DNA from: an uncultured Verrucomicrobiota bacterium
GTDB taxonomy: Bacteria; Verrucomicrobiota; Verrucomicrobiia; Limisphaerales; JAYPEY01
Reading direction: 5' to 3'
Assembly: GCA_964519245.1 (NCBI GenBank)
Contig: CAZFLK010000004.1
Coordinates: forward strand, 12,111-76,110
DNA: 64,000 bases
The notes under the pieces: model-generated
What the model saw: the letters and a program-made list of their open reading frames with translations, nothing else
What the model was told of the DNA's origin: nothing
The model's database searches: none
Position numbers and translations under genes: made by a program
In this document: piece by piece, positions 37,063 through 45,734 of the stretch
Numbering within the stretch: position 1 is the stretch's first letter
How the letters are laid out: each line of letters begins with the position of its first letter

Positions 37063-37404
37063 TTGGGCTGTCTTTGTTTTCTCCCGGGCGAACGCAGTCG
37101 CCCCGAAATTTGGTTATGCTCAAATTGCGACACAATGTGTACTTTTTCTATACATCAAGTTCCGCAAAAGCTCATCCGTACACCTACGTAGAATCAACCG
37201 GCGCGAAATCGAAGCCTCGAGGCCTGTTCCGTCACCCGCTAAATCGGCTGTCACATTCTCGAACGACCGAACCGGACCAGACGCATTTTGACTTGAATTA
37301 AAACACGTTATCCAATTACTGGACACATACGCCGTTCAGCAGACAAAGTCCAGTTGTTTTGAAGCTTCCGACAGGACAGGGGGAGGAATTCACACTTACT
37401 GAAC

Positions 37405-37432
37405 AAAACGCCCTCTTCCCGGGCAGCGTTTT
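37405..37432 (-). terminator. possible (bidirectional-looking) terminator after the response-regulator unit
   Basis: AAAACGC...GCGTTTT arms flank a GC-rich loop region (plus strand 'aaaacgccctcttcccgggcagcgtttt'). The stem is weak. Confidence 0.3.
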
Positions 37433-37494
37433 CGAAGTCGAGCGGGTGAGGAGACTCCTAAAGGAAGGGGCGGCCAACCGGCTTCAGGTTTCCA

Positions 37495-37626
37495 TCATAG
37501 CGAGCGAAGCAGAAGGAATCCGCCGATCAAGAATGTCGCCGCCAGAATCACCAACAGCAAGATGAGGGCAATGCGCCACACAGCTCTGGATGAGATCCGA
37601 CTCGGCGGATACTTGAAGAAGGGCAT
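37495..37626 (-). CDS. possible 43-aa single-pass membrane peptide
   Basis: Internal ATG 37626 of ORF 37495..37722 gives MPFFKYPPSRISSRAVWRIALILLLVILAATFLIGGFLLLRSL, which has one clear TM helix. There is no homology evidence and it may be spurious. Confidence 0.3.
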   Translation of the reverse strand: MPFFKYPPSRISSRAVWRIALILLLVILAATFLIGGFLLLRSL

Positions 37627-37718
37627 GGTTGCCCGTTGTTTCCCCCGCGATCGATCAGCATCCACGGCAATGTCCCGGCAACTGCCTTGCAGCTCATCGG
37701 CATGAGGTTCGGGGCCTT

Positions 37719-38363
37719 TCATGCTTCGATTATACCCTTCCTGATCGCCAGTCGAACCAGATCAGTCTGCGATTTCAGGTTCAATTTGCGCATCAGGTTG
37801 GCGCGATGCGTCTCGGCCGTCCGCGGGCTGATGAACAATTTGGCGGCAATCTCGGCGCTGGTCATGCCCTCGGCAGCCAACTGCAGCACCAAGCGCTCCC
37901 GCTTGGTCAGGGACTCGATCGGATCGGCGTTCTTGTCTCCCTCGGGCCGGATATAGCCGGCGATCGCCTTGTCCGCCAACTCCGGACTCAGATATCGCCT
38001 GCCAACCGCCACCGCCCGAACCGCCGCGACCAGATCCGAACCTGAGGAGTCCTTCAAGACATAACCCAGAGCGCCGCTGCGAAGCGCCTCGACGACATAC
38101 GGCTCGTCGGCATGCATGGACAAGACCAGCATCCGCGTCTCCTTGAACTCGGCGCTCACCCGCCGCGCCAACTCCAGACCATGCAAACGAGGAATCATCA
38201 GGTCCATGACCAGGACATCCGGCCGATGACGCTCCACCATTTCCACGGCGGTCAGACCATCCGCGGCCTCGCCGACCAACTCGAAATCCCGCTCGGACTC
38301 AAGAATCCGGCGCAGTCCCTCCCTCACCATGTGATGATCTTCCACCAGCACGATTCGCGTCAT
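37719..38363 (-). CDS. NarL/FixJ (LuxR-type HTH) response regulator
   Basis: Receiver domain 'IVLVEDHHMVREGL...DVLVMDLMIPRLHG', and C-terminal HTH 'LTKRERLVLQLAAEGMTSAEIAAKLFISPRTAETHRANLMRKL'. Confidence 0.9.
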   Translation of the reverse strand: MTRIVLVEDHHMVREGLRRILESERDFELVGEAADGLTAVEMVERHRPDVLVMDLMIPRLHGLELARRVSAEFKETRMLVLSMHADEPYVVEALRSGALGYVLKDSSGSDLVAAVRAVAVGRRYLSPELADKAIAGYIRPEGDKNADPIESLTKRERLVLQLAAEGMTSAEIAAKLFISPRTAETHRANLMRKLNLKSQTDLVRLAIRKGIIEA

Positions 38364-38969
38364 GAGTCCTCCTCATTGGAGTGTTCGTCCCGGTATCGGG
38401 CGGGCGCGGTAATGTTGAGAGTCGTTCCCGCCCCAGCGTCAGAACGCGCCGAGAAGATGCCGTCCACCATGGCCGTCCGTTCACGCATCCCGGCCAGCCC
38501 GTTCGAACGTTTGGATTCCAAAGCCGCCGCCACATCGAAGCCATCGCCATCATCCGAGATCGTCAACTCCAACTGATCGTCGACAGCATAAAGGGATACA
38601 TCAATGACGCTCGCATTGGCATGCCTTCCGATATTGGTCAACGCCTCTTGCGTCACTCGATACAGGGTCGTCCACAACGAATACGCCTTCCTGAAGAATG
38701 GCGTGTCCACAGAAAGAGATCTCCCGGGGCATCTCCGGAGTCTCGATTCCGTATCGCGACTTGAACCACTGCCTGCCGTGGTCCAACAGGCTCACCAAGG
38801 CAATGGGAACGTCACAGACCGCTGCCGCCATGCGTGTGATCTCGTCGAAAACCTCCTCCGGCGCCGTGTCAATGACACGGTATCGGTCCAGCGCCGCCTG
38901 GCGCTCTGCTTCGTTGATGGGGATGGGCGCTTCCAACGCTGTCGCGGATGCTAAAGGTTTCACTGCCAA
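38360..38969 (-). pseudogene. remnant of a GAF-sensor histidine kinase (GAF N-terminal part and HATPase_c in different frames; no His-phosphotransfer domain)
   Basis: Frame A (38969->38601) encodes 'INEAERQAALDRYRVIDTAPEEVFDEITRMAAAVCDVPIALVSLLDHGRQWFKSRYG...SFCGHAIL', a GAF start, then runs into nonsense. Frame B (38710->38360) encodes 'LYRVTQEALTNIGRHANAS...DDGDGF...GLAGMRERTAMVDG', the N, G1 and G2 boxes. No HisKA_3 H-box lies between them. The whole locus is 610 nt. Confidence 0.6.
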
Positions 38970-39090
38970 CTCGCGCGGACTCTATCCCATCACCGCCCGA
39001 ACGCCAATCAATCCGCTCGCCTCTCCCGTTGCCCCAGCGGAACCTGCTGGCGATTCCTCGCAAGTTGGATTAGGTTCCCCCCATTCAATC

Positions 39091-40182
39091 ATGCTTCAAG
39101 ACACAGCCACCGACGAATTGCTCCAGAAGGTCTGGGACGGCGAACGCATCTGTCCGCGCGAGGCCCGGGAACTTTGGAGCCTGCCGCTGGAGGAGCTCGG
39201 CGCCCTCGCCGATCGCCGCCGCCGCCTGGCCAAGGCCGAAGCCTACGACGGGCGCGGCAATGAGATCGTCACCTACATCGTCGACCGCAATGTCAACTAC
39301 ACCAACGTCTGCAACGTCTATTGCACGTTTTGCGCCTTCTACCGTCTCGAAAAGGACGATGACTCCTACGTGATCACCCATGAGGAGATGGACCGGAAAA
39401 TCGAGGAAACCGTCGCCCTCGGCGGCACCCAGATCCTCATGCAGGGCGGCCATCACCCGAAACTGAGCAAGCAGTGGTATCTGGATCTCTTGTCGCACAT
39501 CCGCAACCGCTGGCCCCAGATCAACATCCACGCCTTCAGCCCCAGCGAGTTCATCCATTTCCAGGAAGTCTTCGATGAACCGCTCGACGCCATCATCCGC
39601 GACTTTGCAGATGCCGGACTCGGCTCGATTCCCGGCGGCGGCGGCGAAATCCTCGTCGATCGCGTGCGCAAACGGATTTCGCCGCTCAAGGCCATGAGCG
39701 ACGACTGGATGAGGGTGATGGACATCGCGCACAAACACGGCCTGAAATCCAGCGCCACCATGATGTTCGGCCACGTCGAAACCCTGGACGAACGCATCGA
39801 ACACTTCGAGCGCGTGCGGGCGCAGCAGGATGAGACCGGTGGATTCACCGCCTTCATTTCCTGGAACTTCCAAGCCGAGAACACCCGGCTCAAGGCGCCG
39901 ACCACCGGCGCAAACGAATACCTGAAGGTTCAGGCCTTGAGCCGCATCTACCTCGACAACGTCGACAACATCCAGAGTTCCTGGGTCACCCAGGGCCTCG
40001 ACATCGGCCAGGTGGCGCTCAACTACGGAGCCAACGACCTGGGCAGCATCATGATCGAGGAGAACGTCGTCTCGCAAGCGGGCGCAACCTATTGCATGGG
40101 AGTCAAAGACATGAGGCGCCTCATCGAGGAACTCGGCTACGAGGCCCGGCAACGGGACAATTGGTACAACCTTCTGAACTGA
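39091..40182 (+). CDS. mqnC: radical SAM enzyme of the futalosine pathway, cyclic dehypoxanthinyl futalosine synthase-like
   Basis: Start moved to ATG 39091 (MLQDTATDELLQKVWDGERI...). Cluster motif 'CNVYCTFCAF'; also 'GGTQILMQGGHHP', 'NIHAFSPSE' and 'GANDLGSIMIEENVVSQAGA', which resemble MqnC as I remember it. Confidence 0.7.
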   Translation: MLQDTATDELLQKVWDGERICPREARELWSLPLEELGALADRRRRLAKAEAYDGRGNEIVTYIVDRNVNYTNVCNVYCTFCAFYRLEKDDDSYVITHEEMDRKIEETVALGGTQILMQGGHHPKLSKQWYLDLLSHIRNRWPQINIHAFSPSEFIHFQEVFDEPLDAIIRDFADAGLGSIPGGGGEILVDRVRKRISPLKAMSDDWMRVMDIAHKHGLKSSATMMFGHVETLDERIEHFERVRAQQDETGGFTAFISWNFQAENTRLKAPTTGANEYLKVQALSRIYLDNVDNIQSSWVTQGLDIGQVALNYGANDLGSIMIEENVVSQAGATYCMGVKDMRRLIEELGYEARQRDNWYNLLN

Positions 40183-40208
40183 GCGGGCCGCGGACGAAGG
40201 TGGCTGCC

Positions 40209-41060
40209 TTAGTCGCCCTCGACGCCCGGCTTGCGCGCCCGCAGGATGTCGTCCGTATCCATCCCCGTTCCTGCGGACCGGTCGTCCCGTTCAGGCATGA
40301 GCGGGTCCGCCGCCGCCTCGAAGCCATCCCCCGCGCCCCCATCCTCACCGAGGAGGCGCGGCGGAACGGGTTCCCGGACCGCCTGCTCGAACACCCCCAT
40401 CAAGGCCGCCTCCTTGATCTTCCACAGCAACGTCATCGTCATCGCCAGGGGCAACAACACAAAGAACAGCATCAGAAACCTGCGCCCTTCGGCCAGCAGA
40501 TCAATGCGCAGGACAACCAATCGGGGCAGGTTGAAGAAAAATTGCAGCGTCCAGAACAGCATCGTCAGGAACATCACTCCCACAATCAACCCCAGGTTGA
40601 TCGCGGTGAACAGATGCGTCTCCTCCCGCAGGCCGTCGTCCGGCAGCAACTCGGTCAGACAGCGCAGGGAACGGTTCAGGGAAAACAGGAACATCAAACC
40701 CGAAAGCCCCAGCAGCCCCATCATGTTGTTGTAGAAATCAACCCAGGGAAGACGCCCCCAGAGAAAGACGAACGGGGAAAGCCCGACGCACAGCAGCCCG
40801 AACATCTTCGCCTGGTTCAACGCGGCAGTCCAACCCGACCGACAAGGCTGGTAGCCTTCCAATTGGATCACCCCGAAGAGCAGCAACCCCGTCGCCGCAG
40901 CAGCCGGCAAGACGCCAAACGGCCGCAATATCATGTTCAGCGAGGTTTGTGCGCAAACCAGCGTCGCCAGGGGCAACCCCCAGAACAGGCCCGACAGCCC
41001 CTTCACCAATCGCCGCAACGATTCCCTCAACTCGGCCTTGGCTGCGTCGGGTTCGGACAT
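40209..41060 (-). CDS. hypothetical polytopic membrane protein (283 aa)
   Basis: About six hydrophobic segments. It starts 15 nt downstream of the speA stop on the same strand, so it is probably co-transcribed. I recognise no family. Confidence 0.6.
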   Translation of the reverse strand: MSEPDAAKAELRESLRRLVKGLSGLFWGLPLATLVCAQTSLNMILRPFGVLPAAAATGLLLFGVIQLEGYQPCRSGWTAALNQAKMFGLLCVGLSPFVFLWGRLPWVDFYNNMMGLLGLSGLMFLFSLNRSLRCLTELLPDDGLREETHLFTAINLGLIVGVMFLTMLFWTLQFFFNLPRLVVLRIDLLAEGRRFLMLFFVLLPLAMTMTLLWKIKEAALMGVFEQAVREPVPPRLLGEDGGAGDGFEAAADPLMPERDDRSAGTGMDTDDILRARKPGVEGD

Positions 41061-41075
41061 GCAACGATCGCTTGG

Positions 41076-43028
41076 CTAGAACGTCAGGTAGGTGTAATCC
41101 TCCAACCCACGCTCATACTCCTTCAACATCCGCATGCCGACCGAGGCTTTGAGCCGGTCGCCCTTGATCGCTAAGTCGACCTGTGTCTTCATCCGCCGCT
41201 TCAACTCCCGTTCATCGTACTGCACGGAGTCCAGCGACCGGGCGATGGTGCTGCCTTCGATCACTTCCTCCACATAGTAGCCGTCGGGCTCATCCGGATC
41301 GAGGAAGATGTGGGCCTCGCTCACCGAGCCAAAGAGATTGTGCAGGTCGCCCATGATGTCCTGGTAGGCGCCCATGAGAAAGAACCCAAGATAGTAGGGT
41401 TCTGTCGCAGAATCCGCCGGCGGCAACGGATGCAGGGCCAGTGATTTCCGACTCTCCTGCAGCCCTATAAAATCATCGATCTGCCCGTCCGAGTCACAGG
41501 TGATATCCACCAGCGTCGCGGAGATCTCGGGCTGCTCAAGGTGGCGGGAAAGCGGCACGATCGGAAAAAGCTGATCCAACGCCCAATTGTCCAACAACGA
41601 CTGGAACACCGAAAAATTGCAGATATACTGATCTCCCAAGCTGTCACGGAGTTGAACCACCTCTTCCGGCGCATGCTCCTCCTTTTCGAACCGAAGGACC
41701 ACCGCCCGGGCAATCTCTCGATAAAGCCGTTCGATCTTCGCCTTGTCCGGCAGATCCAGATGCCCCAGCGTGAACAGGGTCTGGGCATCGTCCCGAAATT
41801 TTTCCGCGTCGTGCAGGGCCTCCAATGGATTCTGACTCTCCAGTTGATCGCGCATGTCCAGCATCTCACACACAAACTTGTGGTCGCTGTCATCCCGTAC
41901 CACCGGCTCGGCCGAGCCGCCCCCATGCACGGATCCCAACGCCTGGACCACCAGGACGCTGTGATGCGCCACAATGGCGCGCCCACTCTCGCTGACAATC
42001 GTCGGATGAGGAACATTCTCCTCATCGCAGACCGAGCCGATGGCGTAGACGACGTCATTGGCATACTCCTGCAGGGAGTAGTTGGCCGAACTGTCGCTGG
42101 TCGATCGGCTGCCGTCATAATCGACCGCCAACCCGCCGCCCACGTCCAGATACTCCAGCCGAAACCCCTGCTTGTAGACCTTCGCGTAGAAACGCGCGGC
42201 TTCCTGAACGGCATTCTTGACGATCTGGATGTCCGGCACCTGCGAACCGATGTGAAAATGGAGCAGCTTGAACGACTTGTTGAGTCCGCGGTCTTTCAGG
42301 AAGCCCATCGCCTCGATCAACTCCGCGGTGCTGAGCCCGAACTTGGCGTGCTCCCCCCCGCTCTCAGCCCACAATCCACGGCTCTTGCTTTGCAACCGAA
42401 CCCGAATTCCCAACAACGGCTTCAATTTCAATTCCTGGGCGATGGCGACCACCTGCTTCAACTCTTCCAGCTTCTCCACCACGATCAGGACCTTCTTGCC
42501 CAACTGCAGGCCCATCAACGCCATCCGAATGAATTTCCTGTCCTTGTAGCCGTTGCAAATAATGAGGTCGCCCGGTTGATCCTGTAAAGCAAGGACGGCC
42601 ATGAGCTCCGGCTTGCTGCCAACCTCCAATCCATGCCCAAATTGCTCCCCAGCGTCGATGATCTCTTCCACTACCTCCCGGAGATGATTCACCTTGATCG
42701 GAAAAACAGCCTGATATCGCCCCTCGTATTCGATCTCGGATATGGCCCTGCCGAAAGCCCGGTTGATGGACTCGACCCGATCCCGGAGAATGTCCTGAAA
42801 GCGGATCAACAAGGGAGCGTGCAATCCCCGGGAACGCAGTTCCTCGATCACATCTCCGATAGCCACCTCGCCGCCCGCATCGCGCCGCGGACGGGCGACC
42901 ACCTTACCCTGGTCGTTGATGTCGAAGTATCCCTCACCCCAACGCTGGATGTGGTAAAGTTCACGCGCGGAATCGAGATTCCACGCGTCGTCGGCGATAG
43001 TCGGTTCGCTCATGTCGTCCGCAATCAA
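41076..43028 (-). CDS. speA: biosynthetic arginine decarboxylase
   Basis: 650 aa. N-terminal 'YHIQRWGEGYFDINDQGKVVARP' and the PLP-fold region 'FPIKVN...' are typical of SpeA. Confidence 0.9.
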   Translation of the reverse strand: MIADDMSEPTIADDAWNLDSARELYHIQRWGEGYFDINDQGKVVARPRRDAGGEVAIGDVIEELRSRGLHAPLLIRFQDILRDRVESINRAFGRAISEIEYEGRYQAVFPIKVNHLREVVEEIIDAGEQFGHGLEVGSKPELMAVLALQDQPGDLIICNGYKDRKFIRMALMGLQLGKKVLIVVEKLEELKQVVAIAQELKLKPLLGIRVRLQSKSRGLWAESGGEHAKFGLSTAELIEAMGFLKDRGLNKSFKLLHFHIGSQVPDIQIVKNAVQEAARFYAKVYKQGFRLEYLDVGGGLAVDYDGSRSTSDSSANYSLQEYANDVVYAIGSVCDEENVPHPTIVSESGRAIVAHHSVLVVQALGSVHGGGSAEPVVRDDSDHKFVCEMLDMRDQLESQNPLEALHDAEKFRDDAQTLFTLGHLDLPDKAKIERLYREIARAVVLRFEKEEHAPEEVVQLRDSLGDQYICNFSVFQSLLDNWALDQLFPIVPLSRHLEQPEISATLVDITCDSDGQIDDFIGLQESRKSLALHPLPPADSATEPYYLGFFLMGAYQDIMGDLHNLFGSVSEAHIFLDPDEPDGYYVEEVIEGSTIARSLDSVQYDERELKRRMKTQVDLAIKGDRLKASVGMRMLKEYERGLEDYTYLTF

Positions 43029-43122
43029 TCAAGGCCGCCCCGGCTCCGGTCGGAGCGTGGGGCTTGGTCGGTAGGAATCGCGCTAGCCCCCGCAGGCGCA
43101 ACAATACCTGGGTCGATGGCGC

Positions 43123-44823
43123 CTAGTTGGCGGGGCCGGCGATGCCCGCCGCCTGAAGCTCCCGTGACATCCAGGCCTGAAAGGCGGCGCTCTGCCGGCG
43201 CTGCCGCACCATGGCGACATAGTCTTCCAACTCTTCCTTCAGCTTGCTTTCATCCGCATCCAGCCGCTCCTTAACATGCAGGATGTAACCGGCATCGCCC
43301 ACCGTTTGCGGATAACAGATGTCGCCCACGTCCGTGCGAAACGCCGTGCCGCGATACATCGAGAAACTGACTGCGTTCTGGGCGACCGTCACGCTGGTCT
43401 GCTCGGATTCGGCAAAGGGCGGCACGTCAACCACCTTGAGTTTCAACTCCTCCGCCGCCGTCTTGAAACCCTTGTCCCCGGCAACGCTGTTGGTCAACTT
43501 CTTGTATATCTCGGCCGTATGCGTCCGAAGGAACTTCAGGGCCTCCTGCTGCTGATAGGCTTCGGTCACTTCCTTCTCAACTTCCTCGAACGTCTTCGCC
43601 TGGCTGCTGATTCTTCGGTTCAAAGCCATGAGATAGACGCCGGAGTCGCCGACCACCGGGTTGATCGTCACCTGGTTCGTCCCGCTCAGTTGAAACGCGG
43701 TCGAACTGAACTGAAACGGAAGCCCCAGGTCGCTCACCCCTTCCAACCTCGAGAACGGCGGAGTCGTCGTCGCCTTCAACCCCGCAGCCTGCGCCGTCGA
43801 AACAAAATTCGTTTCCAAGAGAAAGCTTCCCGGCTTCTCCGCCGAGAGTTTCTGCGCCACCGAGTAGAGGTCATTGGCAAAATCGGAGGCCGCCTTTCTG
43901 GCTTCGCGCAGCGCAAGCGGCTTCAAAAACTCCTCCTCGCGAATCTGCGCCTTCGCCTTCTCAGCGGACAGGGTCTTGCCCTCGTCATCCGTGAACGCCT
44001 CGGCGCCGCGATTCTCATACTCCTTGTCGATCTCAGCGGTGAGATTCGTCACGGCCTCCGCCAATCGCTCCTCAGCCTCGCCGAAATAATTGGTGGCGTC
44101 GAATCGCACGTAGGTTACCTGCACCTTCGCCTCGGTGCGATAACTGGCCGCGCGATTGGTGAAATAGGTCCGGATGGCATTGGTGTCCATCTTCACTTGG
44201 GCCAGGAAATTGGAGGCGTGAAAGAAGACGGCTTCCGTTGCTAGACGTTGATTCTCCCGACGAAAGGCCGCCTCCGCAGCGGCCTCGGTCACCAGATTGC
44301 CCCTGACCGCGACGGTGTCCCGCAACTGTTCCATCGCAGCTTCGCGACGAACAAAGCGGTAGAGGTCTTCCCGCCCCATTCCGACGCGTTCCAAACCGTT
44401 GGTCACAAAACCATTGTAGATGGCCGGATCATAGGCCCCATCGCTGTTCCGCATCATCAGCTTCAATCTCGCCACCACGGCCTCGTCCCCAACTTCGATC
44501 CCCAATTCAGACAGCTTGTTGTTCGCCGCCACGCGCTCGATTACGCTGCGATTGAAATTGGTGCGAATGAACTCGGGAGCCCGACCGCCGCTCTGCGAGG
44601 GCCATTCCCCCCAATTGAGAAAGTAACGGATCGCCTCCTCGTCCCGCGCCTCGAAGAACTCACTCCGGGAAACCGGCCGGCCGTTGACCGTGCCAAAGTC
44701 GGCAGGTCCGCCGCCCGATCCCGAGCCCACATCCGGGCTGAAGAAGACGACAAAACTGATGATGACCACCCCGCAGATCAGGATGAACAACCACTGCTGG
44801 TGTTTTCGAATCGTAGCAAACAT
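43123..44823 (-). CDS. PpiD/SurA-N-like periplasmic chaperone, membrane anchored
   Basis: Start moved to ATG 44823 (MFATIRKHQQWLFILICGVVIISFVVFF...). The N-terminal anchor plus SurA_N-like region resembles PpiD. I did not recognise a clear parvulin motif. Confidence 0.6.
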   Translation of the reverse strand: MFATIRKHQQWLFILICGVVIISFVVFFSPDVGSGSGGGPADFGTVNGRPVSRSEFFEARDEEAIRYFLNWGEWPSQSGGRAPEFIRTNFNRSVIERVAANNKLSELGIEVGDEAVVARLKLMMRNSDGAYDPAIYNGFVTNGLERVGMGREDLYRFVRREAAMEQLRDTVAVRGNLVTEAAAEAAFRRENQRLATEAVFFHASNFLAQVKMDTNAIRTYFTNRAASYRTEAKVQVTYVRFDATNYFGEAEERLAEAVTNLTAEIDKEYENRGAEAFTDDEGKTLSAEKAKAQIREEEFLKPLALREARKAASDFANDLYSVAQKLSAEKPGSFLLETNFVSTAQAAGLKATTTPPFSRLEGVSDLGLPFQFSSTAFQLSGTNQVTINPVVGDSGVYLMALNRRISSQAKTFEEVEKEVTEAYQQQEALKFLRTHTAEIYKKLTNSVAGDKGFKTAAEELKLKVVDVPPFAESEQTSVTVAQNAVSFSMYRGTAFRTDVGDICYPQTVGDAGYILHVKERLDADESKLKEELEDYVAMVRQRRQSAAFQAWMSRELQAAGIAGPAN

Positions 44824-45003
44824 GACGGTAAACTCTGATGGATTGTCAGCGCGCGTTCCGAGGTGTTCCGGAACTGGCGAAAGGGCGACAAAGTAAACGC
44901 GCCGCATAAAGCGGGTCAAACGGAAAAAGCTCTTATCGGGCCTCGCTTCGATTGCCATTCCCGCTTTACAACCGTCTGAATACCGTGGCACGCTTCGCCG
45001 GAT

Positions 45004-45402
45004 ATGATGAAGGCGTCAAAAGCGATTGTTCCCGCCATTCTGGCCTTGATACTGGTCGGCTGCGCCTCCAGCGCTCCCACTCGATCCAGCATCGTCAATC
45101 TCACCCCCCCCGAACTCCCCCGAAACGACGAGAATCAATACGTGATCGAATGTCTTTGGAACACGAATCAACAGAGCATTCGCAGGGATTCCTACAAGGC
45201 CTACGTCATGGTAGGGCTGACTTTCTACGAGATGCGCCGGGTCCCCATGATGAAGAACCGCTGGGAAGCCATCATTCCCGGGCCCGCTGGAAGGGAACCG
45301 CTCAACTATCGCATCAAGTTCGACTACCTTTACAACCGGATTCCAGAAGCCAGGCAGGACAGCAAGCTTTCCGAGCAGTTCCAGCTCAGAATTGTCGAGT
45401 AG
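45004..45402 (+). CDS. small lipoprotein, unknown function (132 aa)
   Basis: Signal peptide and lipobox 'LALILVGC|ASS'. I recognise no family. Confidence 0.6.
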   Translation: MMKASKAIVPAILALILVGCASSAPTRSSIVNLTPPELPRNDENQYVIECLWNTNQQSIRRDSYKAYVMVGLTFYEMRRVPMMKNRWEAIIPGPAGREPLNYRIKFDYLYNRIPEARQDSKLSEQFQLRIVE

Positions 45403-45734
45403 CGGCTCCACTTCTCAGCCCGCCGGATAAGACGCGCCAAGACAGAGGCGGCCGGAGGGAAGGCGTCGCCGTGATCGACGGTGGTAGGGCTGCTCCCGAT
45501 GCCTCGGTGAATTAGGGGGCGATCTTTGGCAACCGGCTCAATCGTCGGGGAGAGTCGCCCGGGCCTGACTGCCTGATTCCCTTCTCAAGAGATTGGAGTC
45601 CTCCCGGAATCTAGCCCCCATTTGGAGAAGAACGACTCCCCAGCACCCCATACAGGCGCCTCCTCCAAGGCGCACATGGCCGGCACAAACCAAAGCCCTG
45701 CAGGCGCTGCCTGCCTGTCGGAGAGGGGTGACAA

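Noticed and set aside
38698-39090. 131-aa N-terminal extension of the mqnC ORF, overlapping the GAF remnant on the other strand.
   Set aside because: MqnC-like proteins start near 'LLQKVWDGERI'. The extension has no similarity to radical SAM N-termini and overlaps the conserved GAF coding sequence in antisense.
40092-41174. 360-aa plus-strand ORF rich in Gln/Arg/His/Pro.
   Set aside because: It is antisense to a coherent polytopic membrane protein gene, its composition is typical of a shadow frame, and it overlaps the 3' ends of mqnC and speA.
45700-45714. GCAGGC-GCT-GCCTGC hairpin downstream of the protease-adhesin gene, considered as its terminator.
   Set aside because: It has only a 6-bp stem and a 3-nt loop, followed by a broken T-tract. 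That is too weak to call.
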